Of a stretch of DNA of 64,000 bases, positions 11,641 to 22,515 are shown piece by piece. How positions within the stretch are numbered: the stretch's first letter is position 1; each line of letters starts with the position of its first letter. Below the pieces are notes generated by a model. That model was not told where the DNA came from. It saw only the letters and a program-made list of their open reading frames with translations, and searched no databases. The DNA lies in NCBI GenBank assembly GCA_002269645.1, contig NIVC01002728.1, forward strand, positions 81,819 through 145,818, written 5' to 3'. Both the position numbers and the translations under genes were made by a program. Source of the stretch: Macrostomum lignano (lineage: Eukaryota).

Positions 11641-12029
11641 AAGTCATTCCTTTTCAAAAGTGCGTCAATTATTTAAACCAATTTGTACAATCAGAGGGTG
11701 AGAAAGGATTTCTCGGTCAATTAAAGCACAAAGCATAAAACCGTGATAAAGTATAAATGTAAAAATGCTGTATAAAATTAGTCATTTCAATCAAATTACA
11801 AAGTGTAAAACCCTGATCAAGTAAAGTAAAAACTGCTGTACATATGTAAGTCATTTCAATCTTCGGCTTCGGTTATGCAAGGAGAACGAAGGTAAATTAC
11901 CAGAAATAAAAGGATAAGATTAAAACTCTAAAAATGTTGTATAAAAGCACGAGAAACCTTGGGCAAGCTGAGTCCATGTCGGAGCAGATGTTAATGCGAA
12001 AACGAACCAGTTACTTAGCAAAAGTAACG

Positions 12030-12530
12030 GTAGAAGCGCCGGACAGAAATGTCGAGACCGAGGAACTCGTGATACCAGTGGAGTCCAGCTCATCTCAGAG
12101 TTTTTCCAGCTGCTCTTGCTGCCTTCGATATGTCCGCCTCCTCAGACGAAGCACCTTTCCTTCTGTGCTGGTTCCAGCCTGGCTGTAAGCGGAATTTGCT
12201 GACACTCACTGTCGATCAGTAGCAGGAGGCAGTAAAACTGAAGAAAACCGCGAGTGGCCTTTCGGTTCAGACGGTTGTGCCAACCTTCAGCATCGTTGTT
12301 TGTCCTGTACAGCTGGCGGTAAGATGACCATGACGCCGGTGGCCACATTGAGCTCCTAATCCATGTTTCCTGGATGTAGGACATCCAATGCTGCAGTCCT
12401 TGGCTGGTGTTGCCATCCCCCGCATCCACCACAGTTGATGGCATGCTGACGACTACTTACAATTTTTTCACACAATAGACATAAATCACTACTAGCTGCA
12501 TCCATATAGTCCACAGAGTTGCTGAGATCT
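12030..12530 (-). mobile_element. Internally deleted MULE/MuDR-like DNA transposon remnant
   Basis: A PHD-like start (CLLCEKIVSSRQHAINCGGCGGWQH) is joined directly to a transposase C-terminus (YIQETWI...W..Y....RTNNDAEGWHNRLN), followed by a frameshifted basic tail with a stop. Confidence 0.75.
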
Positions 12531-12877
12531 ATAGTTTCGTAAACTAGCAATATTGTGCCCCCCTTCGGGGCGGCCGTTAAAAAGAGACAAAATTTAGTTA
12601 CTTGAATTGATTGAATGAATTCGAAAATATGCTTTAAAAGCTACGAAAAGTTAGCATATCATACTAACTTACAATCAGTTATCAAAAAATGCAAGCCATG
12701 CAATGCAATGCCATTTGTCGATAGAATTACTATTATTATCTTCGCCCCCCGTTGGGGGACATCTGGATAGAATCTCTGTTCTCTACAAGTAACAAAAAGA
12801 CAGCCAAATAAAGCCTTAACAAAGACAATAGACAAACTGCTTAAGTAAATTGGAAAGCAAAAAGAAATCATCCCAAG

Positions 12878-13175
12878 TAAGCAAGCATCCCCCAGATTGC
12901 AAGCATCCCCCAGATAGCAAGCATTCCCCAGATAGCAAGCATCCCCCAGATAGCAAGCATCCCCCAGATAGCAAGCATCCCCCAAATAGCAAGCATCCCC
13001 CAGATAGCAAGCATCCCCCAGATAGTAAGCATCCCCCAGATAGCAAGCATCCCCCAGATAGCAAGCATCCCCCAAATAGCAAGCACCCCCAGATAGCAAG
13101 CATCCCCCCTCCCAGATAGCAAGCATCCCCCAGATAGCAAGCATCCCCAAATAGTAAGCATCCACCAGACAATAA
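12878..13175. repeat. 18-bp tandem array (GCAAGCATCCCCCAGATA)n
   Basis: About 16 units. Source of the KHPPDS and GDACYL pseudo-ORFs. Confidence 0.95.
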
Positions 13176-13224
13176 GTAGCTAGTGCAACAATTTCCTTAG
13201 CTCTATAGTGGCTCCTTTAAAATT

Positions 13225-14193
13225 GGCATGACGCTTACTTTTACGTTTGAAATTGTGTATCTTTTATGTTTGACATGGTGGCTCTTTAATGTTTGACATG
13301 GTGGCTCTTTTATGTTTGACATGATGGCTCTTTAATGCTCTACATGGTGGCTTTTTTATTTTCGACATTGTGGCTCTTTAATGTTTGGCATGATGGCTCT
13401 TTGATGTTTGACATGGAGTCACGAATATACTTGACATGGTGACTCGTTAATGTTAGACATGGTGGCTCTTTAATGTTTGGCATGATGGCTCTTTGATGTT
13501 TGACATGGAGTCACGAATATACTTGACATGGTGACTCGTTAATGTTAGACATTGTGGCTCTTTAATGTTTGGCATGATGGCTCATTGATGTTTGACATGG
13601 AGTCACAAATATACTTGACATAGTGACTCGTTAATGTTAGACATGGTGGCTCTTTAATGTTTGACCTGGTGGCACCTTAATGTCTGTAATGATGGCTCTT
13701 TAATGTTTGAAATGGTGGCTCTTTAATATTTGACATGGTGGCTCTTTAATGTTCGACATGGTGGCTTTTTAATGTTCGACATGGTGCCTCCTTAATGTTT
13801 GACATGGTGGTCCTTTTATGTTTGACATGGTGGCTCTTTTATGTTTGACATGATGGCTCTTTAATGTTTGACATGGAGTCACATATATGTTGGACATGGT
13901 GGCTCTTTAATGTTCGACATGGTGGCTCTTTAATGTTTGACATTGTGGCTCTTTTATGGTTGACATGGTGGCTCTTTTATGTTCGACATGGGGGCTCTTC
14001 TATGTTTGGCATGGTGGCTCTTTGATGTTCGACATGGTGGCTCTTTTATGTTTGGCATGGTGGCTCTTTTATGTTCGACATGGTGGCTCTTTAATGTTAG
14101 ACATGGTGGCTGTTTAATTTTAACATGGTGGCTCTTTAATGCTCGACATGGTGGCTTTTTAATGTCCGACATGGTGCCTCTGTAATGTTTGAC
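13225..14193. repeat. 23-bp tandem array (GACATGGTGGCTCTTTAATGTTT)n
   Basis: GACATGG recurs at 13272 and 13295; about 40 diverged units with local higher-order blocks. Confidence 0.95.
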
Positions 14194-14550
14194 AAGTCTA
14201 TGGAAAGCCTCTGACCTTCCAAGGGTTGGATAGCGGAGAGGCGTGAGTTAAACGAGCTTGATCATCTGTGGCTAAGGTGGTTAATTTAGGCGAGCTTGAT
14301 TTTTTAGATTGGCATATTCAAAATGGGCAGATTCAGAATAGCAGATTCAGAATAGCAGATTCAGAATGGCAGATTCAGAATGGCAGATTCAGAATGGCAG
14401 ATTCATAATTGGTAGGTTCAGAATGTCAGATTCAGAATGGCAGATTCAGAATGGACAGGTTCAAAATGAGCAGGTTCAGAACGGGCAGGTTCAGAATGGC
14501 AGATTCAGAATGGGCAGATTCAGAATGGCAGATTAGAAATGGCAGAGTCA
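14194..14550 (+). pseudogene. Orphan duplicate of the last 49 bp of paralog-3 exon 3, its donor site and the start of intron 3 (14-bp array)
   Basis: 14194-14242 matches 34951-34999 with one silent change. GTGAGT donor and the following ~70 bp are nearly identical, then (GATTCAGAATGGCA)n at ~14315-14550. Confidence 0.9.
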
Positions 14551-14559
14551 GACTGTATA

Positions 14560-15300
14560 CTGAACCTGTCAAACTGATTGCCTCATGAGTCACTTTTCTA
14601 GGTATGTGTAGGAGAGAGAGGCCTGGGAGAGACAAGGGCTCGATTTGGTAAAAGATTGACTCGATTCTGTTGGGTGGGTCCTCTGGCCCCATTCGTATTG
14701 GCTAATTTGACGAATTGGCAAATCTACTTGCATGGGTTAAATTATTGAATATGGTCAGATTTGAAGAATTTGGAGGATGAATCGAGATGTAAAGTTGGCA
14801 ACAACGACACTGATTCACCACACCTAAAAGATGACTGCTAGGAGCTTCGGAAATAAGACTACTGTACACAGCAGCATCAACAAAAGGTATTAAATTGTCA
14901 ATCGAAATTGACCCGTAGATGTACGATTTTGCATGGTTCGCAGTGTTCATATGTGCATCGAAATATTTTGTTTCTTGCAAACTGCTCCTATGGGGAGGTG
15001 GATGACGTAATCAAGATAGGTTTTTGGTTGGAGGAGGCTCAATATATGGGTCCGTACTGTGAAAATATCTGTTTGTACACTGAAATTGGAGAGGGAGGGT
15101 CGGAATTCCTTGACAGTTAGAAATGGTAAGGTCAGAGAGACAGGGACGAGTGGTTCTGTTCGATATGGGTCTGTGCTGTGAAGACGAGTCTAATGAGAAT
15201 TGGGTGTTGGGTGTTTTGCCAATTTCAGTATACTAAACTTGTCTAACTGATTGTCTCATAAGCCACTTTTCTCAGTGGGTTCAGAAGGAGAGAGAGAGTT
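14560..15300. repeat. Unclassified dispersed repeat, homologous to 17722-18400
   Basis: Shared blocks such as ATCTGTTTGTACACT.AAA.TGG.GAG.G.GGGTCGGAA and ACAGGGACGAGTGGTTC. An internal motif ATATRGGGTCTGTGCTG recurs ~115 bp apart in both copies. Confidence 0.7.
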
Positions 15301-15479
15301 TGGGAGAGACAGTTTAAATTTCAATTGAAATCAACGGGCCGCTTTACCGACTGTATATGTTAAAATTATTATAGCTAGGTTTATACAAACTGTACGTTTT
15401 AACCCAATATTCAAGAATAATCCCTTCCCTGACTTCTTGAGGGGCATTACACGTACCAAATACACACATTTGAATGATG

Positions 15480-16495
15480 AAACAGCATTTTGACGATTAA
15501 TTTGTAAAAATTATGGTTTCTGCTGATGAAGTGATTGATTTTGTTCAAGAAAGTCTGCATTTTAATGTTAAAAAGATTAAAAACTGTGAAAATTGGCCTT
15601 TTTAAACGAAAATGTGCAATTTATAGTAATTTAGCTTTCAATGAAAATGTCTTGGGTGGAATTCCAACTTGGGCAGGGGTGTGCATATGGAGATCAGTGT
15701 GTGACTCATTCCTGCTCGAAAGCTGTCTCTTGCCAACTTTGAAATCAGCATTTGGACAAATTAGCGGGTGAAATCATGGTTTTTGGGATGAAACTACAAA
15801 GTTTGATCAATTCGCATTTCGCATTTTAACGTTAGAAAATAATAAAACTGTGAAAATTGGCCTTTATTAAACCAAAGAATGAGAAATTCTAAGAATTAGC
15901 TTTAAAAAACCATAGCTTTAGTGGAAATTGGACGGCTCGGGTAATCCGTGTGCGATTATAATTCCTGCTCAAAGCTGTCTCAGAGTTCCAGAAGTAGCAT
16001 TTGTGATCATTTTGTGTTAAAATTGTGGTTTTTAGTGATGAAACTACTGATTTTGATCAATAAAGTCTGCATTTTAATGTAAAAAATGCGTAAAAACTGT
16101 GAAAAATTGTATTTTCTTATGAAAAATGCTCATTTCTAGCAATTTAGGCTTCAATAGCCATTTCTTTGGTTGATTCTGGGCTGGCTTGGCTTGTGGATGT
16201 TCGTGCGGGGTTCATTCTTGCTTCAAAGCTGTCTAAGGTCAAGTTGAAAACGACATTTGGACAAATTAGCTGTTGAAGTAGCTATGGTTTCTAATGATGA
16301 AACTACTGATTTGGATCAATAAAGTCTACATTTTAACGTTAAAATCGTTAAAAACTGTGAAAATTGTATTTTTTTATGAAAAATGCTCATTTCTAGTCAT
16401 TTAGCTTTCAAAATAACCAAATTTCTTGTTTAAAATTCCAACTTGACTTTGTATATGGAGAGGTCAGTGCATGATTCATTCCTGCTTCGAACAGA
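15480..16495. repeat. Diverged ~260-bp tandem repeat, 4 copies
   Basis: AAAACTGTGAAAA(A)TT recurs near 15581, 15844, 16093 and 16352. Confidence 0.85.
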
Positions 16496-16516
16496 TTAAA
16501 CCATCTCAGGACCAAG

Positions 16517-17721
16517 TGTAGTGTGAGCATCTTTTGCGATAGCCTTGTATTCTATTAGTTAGGTTTTGCATTATTGTTATTGAATTGTTATTTTGCTTTA
16601 GTTTAGTCATGCGTTTTTGGTGTACTTTTTTCTTGTTAGTTAGGGTTTATTTTGCGTAAACAGGCTAGAAGTCAGACGCCAATTCTGTGACTCAGCGGAG
16701 GGTGGAGTTCTCTGCGAACCCCAGCTTTGCGCGGTCAGCCAATCAGAACCGGCCTGGACCCTGGCACGCGGCAAGTTCCAGTTCTACCCGGCGCCGCGGG
16801 CACAGTGCAATTCGGCTTAAGCAAGCGGCCGGCCAGACGACCACCGCCCGGCTTGAGGGGGGAATTTCGAGGGGTTGTGACTCTGACTATATATGAAAGT
16901 GTGTTTGGCAATCAGATCTCACTTTTTCCCTTCTCTTTCCTGCTCCGTCCCCGGTTTTGGTTTGTGTTCCAGCTTCCCGGCCGGTGGCCTGTTCCCTTTG
17001 GTTCGCGCTTTGAGGCGTTTTGATTTCGTCACCCCGGTCCATACTTTGTTCCCCGCCCAACCGCTTCAGTCTTGTGGCGTAACGTCTACGGCAAATTCCT
17101 TTCTGAAGTCGTCGCTGTCAAGCGCGGTAAGATAGAGACTGTCGGATCTGATCAAGTACGCGGCCTCGACCCCGAGGGCCTCAGTGTCACACTGAAGGGC
17201 AGTGCCGATAGAATTTAGTCGGTACTCCGTTGAACGGTCGGTTCGGCAGGGCTCTCGTTCGAGTGTAGGTTCTGGTTTAGGCCAGGGGTTAGGAGTCTTC
17301 TCCGTGGTCGTGTTCGGTTCTTCTTCCTCTTCTTCTTCAGCTGAGATGTGCTTGCCAGTTGCGTAATCTAATTATTATTATTATTAACCGTTATCGTCGT
17401 TTTGTCAACTCTAGTTATCTGCGCCGCTTTGAATTTGAATCTTGTAACTTGAAGAAATCAAATTAAATCGTCTAGCCAATTATCAGTTTGTATCATATAG
17501 GATCATCACTCTCTAAATCTTTCGGTTTGTGTTCCCTCGTGTTCTTTCTTTTCTTGTACTGTACCTGCGGCTATTGGAGAAAGACTGGTAGGACTCGCCG
17601 ACCGGCGATAGGCGATTAGGATTAATAGCTTTAAAATCTCCGAACGCTCCAAGTAGGTTTGTCTAGGGCCTAAATAATTGCTTACCGTGCATGCTATTTA
17701 TCTAATTGCCTATTCATCACA
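16517..17721 (+). mobile_element. Probable solo LTR (~1.2 kb)
   Basis: TGT...ACA ends with CAAG on both flanks, an internal CCAAT box (~16738) and a TATA-like motif (~16888), and no coding capacity. Confidence 0.55.
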
Positions 17722-18400
17722 CAAGTCTGAAAGCTTGAAGTAAATAAGGGCAGGAGAGGCGTGGCGGAGGTAGAATTGCATATTTAAATATGTGGACTTC
17801 ACTACTTCTAGTATAACGCAAGGGTAAGAGACAATATGCAAAAGTGTTAGAATCAAGTATAATATCAGAATTGCATTGCGGTGGAGACACTGATTCATAG
17901 GCTGTGTACATTGACAGATGCAGGGGTATTGGGTCGATGCAGGTGGAGGTTGACTCGGATTTGCTCAGATTCGCGGGGTTGATATGTGCATTAAAAGTTA
18001 GTTTCTTGCTAACTGGGGCGGCATGGATGACGTAATTGGAGAAGAGGGGTTTTGCTGAATGAGGTTTAATATAGGGTCTGTGCTGTGAAAAGATCTGTTT
18101 GTACACTAAAAATGGGGAGAGGGGTCGGAAATCCGGCAATTTAGAAGGGTGACAGAGAGAACAGGGACGAGTGGTTCAATTCGATTTGCTATATAGGGTC
18201 TGCTGACCATTGAAGGGTGGCTGTTTTCGAACAGTCTTGGGGTTGATTTTGAATATGGCCGGAGATAAAGGGTGATTCAACATGCAACAAATTCGATTCC
18301 ATGGTGTACACCAGCGTCAGTGGCATATTTTGCGGATTAAAGCGCGACAAGGGGTCTTGTATCATCCGCCCTGTCAAATAGATATATTGTATAAAACATT
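17722..18400. repeat. Second copy of the unclassified dispersed repeat (see 14560-15300)
   Basis: Nucleotide similarity blocks as listed for 14560-15300. Confidence 0.7.
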
Positions 18401-18472
18401 GCTTTCACAGTCTTGAATTTAGAGGCCAACTAAATAAATATATACGTATCAAAGCTCGGCCGGCTTTTTGTG

Positions 18473-18509
<37 letters not shown>

Positions 18510-19464
18510 GTCTTTTGAAAACTTATTTGACTCGGGGAGAGGCGTTGGGAATGACGGAATGACGTATTTGTCCTGGAGTGGTGACGAGGGCTGAATTCTA
18601 GAGGGATGAAGTATGGAAGGAGTGGATATAACAGTGTGGACAGCGATTTTTGGCTGACTCATGCCTCCTCTGCCAAGTTTGGGGGGGGGGTGGGCGACGG
18701 TTTCTGCGTACTGTTTGCTTTTTGAGGGTCAGCAGAATATGAAGAGTTAATTCTTGGATGTGCGGGCCACTTTGCAAATTTTGGAGTATAATATGGGTGG
18801 GTGGGCGCTTCTGCATGTTCTCTGTTTCAACTATATATAAATGAAAATAAACATGATATCAGCTTGTGAATGAAAAAAAAAATTATATGAAAAATTATTT
18901 TCATATAAAATTATTTTCATTTTGAAAAATAAAAAAAAATTTTTTTAATGAAAAATTAAAAAAATTATGAATGAAAAAATTTTCAGTAAGAATCTCGACT
19001 TGTAAACTTTACTAACGGTAGTATAGCGTAATCAGTTACATTTGGTTTTGGGTAATTGACATATGAATATGCATACATGACTCATTTGGCAGTAGGTGAG
19101 GTTGTACAGTTGGCGCGCACACACCGACCCACCTCTGCAATACATATACTGCGCTGTACACGTAACAATTAGTGTTTCGAGTTGGAATTGTACATATAAT
19201 CTTGTGGGGTTGACGATTCAAATACGCAAGAGCGGAGGCCGTCGTGTAGATTGGGGATTCATGTAGACACTGTACATATACAATTTGAGATAGATAAGGA
19301 TTAATGCAGTACATGGGATAAATGTACATATACGAGTACATATTGCTATGTATATCACGCTTAGGATAGCGTTTTCATATACTACTTACTTCATTTTCAG
19401 ATAGTAGTATAATTTGCGTTTTTTGCGTCAAAATTCTGAAAACCCAGCTCTATCTACGCGTTAC

Positions 19465-19955
19465 GTAGTACCGGACGTTTCGTCAACCGGCATTTCGTCA
19501 ACCGGCATTTCGTCAACCGGCATTTCGTCAACCGGCATTTCGTCAACCGGCATTTCGTCAACCGGCATTTCGTCAACCGGCATTTCGTCAACCGGCATTT
19601 CGTCAACCGGCATTTCGTCAACCGGCATTTCGTCAACCGGCATTTCGTCAACCGGCATTTCGTCCACCGGCATTTCGTCAACCGGCATTTTGTCAAACAG
19701 AAATTACGGCAACTTAGCAAATTATAGCTGATTACTATTATAGCTGCACCAGCCAGAGAAGGCAATGAGTTGGTAATGCATGCGATTTCAAATTTGTTTA
19801 AAACGTGTACAATTCTTGGAAAGTAAATTTTCGTAGAAACGTTCGTTCCTCAATGGTGTCGCAATACTCGTACCATGGTGCGTGGATTGAATCGAATGTC
19901 CGGTTGCCGTAATGTCTCGTTGACGAAATACCAGTTGACGAAACGTCTTGGAACC
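19465..19955. mobile_element. MITE-like element whose left-arm 15-bp subrepeat (CGTCAACCGGCATTT) expanded to ~14 copies
   Basis: Left arm GACGTTTCGTCAACCGGCATTTCGTCAAC; right arm GTTGACGAAATACCAGTTGACGAAACGTC (~19919-19947) is its inverted counterpart. Confidence 0.8.
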
Positions 19956-20079
19956 AAATGATTGCACTATCCATACGTTGCGTACACTGTGCATGTACAT
20001 GTAACTGCATCCAAGGGCGTAAAAAACATTAATTAAGTACTTATAAGTCACCCTTGACATGAATGGTATAGCTAATTTC

Positions 20080-20082
<3 letters not shown>

Positions 20083-20128
<46 letters not shown>
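20083..20128. repeat. (AT)n microsatellite (another at ~18476-18507)
   Basis: Direct observation. Confidence 0.95.
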
Positions 20129-20132
<4 letters not shown>

Positions 20133-22515
20133 ACCTACGGAGGCATACATGTATGACAGCAGCGTCGATTGTACAAATTATATAATTTACTCGTTTTACA
20201 CGTACCTCTCTTCACCCTTGTCTGCATATACGAGTGTACGCTCTCTAGATAGGTTTGCCGGTACGAGACATGATCTCGTAATTCTGCAAGATCATGATGA
20301 GATCGACTAGTTCATGAGCCTCACAGCAGAATTTACATGTAATTAGACAAAAATTGCTCAATCTCGCATTTACATGTATAATTAATTGTGCTTCCGGCAA
20401 TATCGAGAGTGGAACCGTTTCTCTCAGATTTGCAGTTCCTGCAGCAACTATACTTTTACTGCATTGTGCGATTAACATGGCGACGCACAAAAACTTTTTG
20501 CAGTCGTCTATAAATAAATAAGCGCCCAGCAGAAGTGTAAAAATACAGTATAATTTTTGCTAAAAATCGGCTGAAATTTGGCGTAGGTAAGTACTTACAT
20601 AAATTAAATTTACACTGCATCGACATCGTACGAATACTGCATGGCCGCGTCTGCCCAGACGACGAAACGTTTGTAGATAAATGCTTGTACTCGTATATAT
20701 CCATATACATGTACGTGAGCTACATGCATACGCGAGTATAGCTACAAGTACAAGTAACTCGATAATACTTTTATCTGCCTAAGCCAACGCAATAATTACA
20801 TACATAATGATGAAAGACTGACAGCAGATGTCCTATGTCATGCATTTAATTACTCGGGCCAATATTTAAGTTTGGTGAACTTTCAAGCATAGTAGTGTTA
20901 AATTACAAATAATTTAGGCTCTTTGTGTTATAAAGTGGAGAACTTCAAGTAAGAAGCTTTCGATTATTTTGAAATTGCATCAAGGATCTGCTGTAGCTGT
21001 AACATCCCCACGCGCACTCAATGAACCGGTAATCTGTGTTCTGTCAGACAATAAATACACAGGCACAGCCGCCTTCCACTCCTTCACATTTTTGAGTGGC
21101 TAACCAACACTCGCAAACACCAGCCGGAGTTGCTCGCTACAGTAGCTTTGTGCGAACTTTGATCTTGTATACGGGGTCAGGATCAAGCGAGTCAATTTAT
21201 CAAACCAGAGCAGTTTAGTTATCAAAAACGTTTTCAGTTTAGTGTATAAACCATTTTCCGTTCAATTTAAAAAACTCGCATTCTTCGGGTTCCTCGAACA
21301 TCTCCTCGGTGCTCATTCTTCTTCTTATTTGTTATATTCTTTTAAAGATGAATTCAGTGTACGCACTCAGTTCAAAGAGGGATGCCATATAGAGAGCACA
21401 GACAGTTGCTGTATTTTTTGTTAGCTTGAAAAGTGTCCGATAAAGGGGTCCGCTCTGTTACAGTACACTAGAAAAAATGCGCACCAACAATACGAGCTAT
21501 TGTGCAGAAATTGAATGCAGCATGCCGAAATTGAATAGGAACTCTGCATGCATGAGCAAGTTTTATCCATAGACAGAATGAACGCCCTTACTACAAAGAA
21601 AGGATATCCGATTGCCGAAATTGAATGGATCCATACCGAATTCATATGACGGTTGAAGTAGCTAAATTTGGAAGGATGAAATTAAATGTCATTTTTCCGA
21701 AACAGAATGCGAGTTTTGTTGACATTGAACAGAAAAAAGTGTACTAGCAGTCAGAACTTGCTAAGGGCGAGGAAACGGAGGGTGAAAGAAAGGAACGCAA
21801 AGCATCTTCCTTTAAAGTCTTACGCGTGGGCTTGACTTGACTTGGCTCCGCGGGCATCCGGATACAGCGAGGAGGCGTTGCCGCCCATTCTGCTAACCCC
21901 TGGCGACCACAGGCAGCTGCAGTGCTGCGGTGTCGCGCATGGAGACCCGGTGGTGCCAATGTCCACAGCGTGGTCCCCCTCTTGAGAGTCCAGAAGTTGA
22001 TGGTCGCTCACCCGCAGTAGCCCATAGGTAGTGTGGACGAGTTGGCTGAATTCTCGGAACTGAAAACGTCGTAAGGGCTGGGTTTGAGCCGAGTTAGGTG
22101 AGCCTGTCTTGAGTAATGACCGCGCATTTAAAGATGGCTTGCTCCATATTCTCAACTCAGGCGGAGATACAGAAAGCGAATTCCCTCGCCTAGAGGGGAT
22201 ATTTCCAAGCAGAGCTCTGCAGAGGGCGGGGGGGGGGAGGCGGAGACAGCCGCGCGGGAAACTGCCGTCAGTCGGGGGTGTTAGCCCAACTAGCTCGTAC
22301 TTACAAGAGAGCTGATACTTTATTTGCAAATATCGATCGATCAGTCCATCAATCTTTCATTTGAATATCATGGCGCCTATTTCTGATCTATTTCTTTCAA
22401 AAATGCCCATGTCTATGGCCAAGCCTACACGCCGCTCATTCAGCCAAGGCATTTCGATTTTCAGATACACACTTTGATTGTAACACATGCACTGAAGTTC
22501 AACGGACATTGAAAA

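Noticed and set aside
12659-13172. GDACYL, GGCLLS and KHPPDS repeat ORFs; likewise MPVDE/STGIS (19414-19765), LSSPL/EERRG (23852-24539), QNGRF (35027-35335) and ITSDTCPSH (43575-43904)
   Set aside because: All come from tandem arrays, are open in several frames on both strands, and have no supporting gene structure.
21744-22330. GC-rich island with a 169-aa minus-strand ORF and faint retroelement-like words (SLNARSL, RKTLKED)
   Set aside because: No motif set could be confirmed. Probably a decayed retroelement piece, left unassigned.
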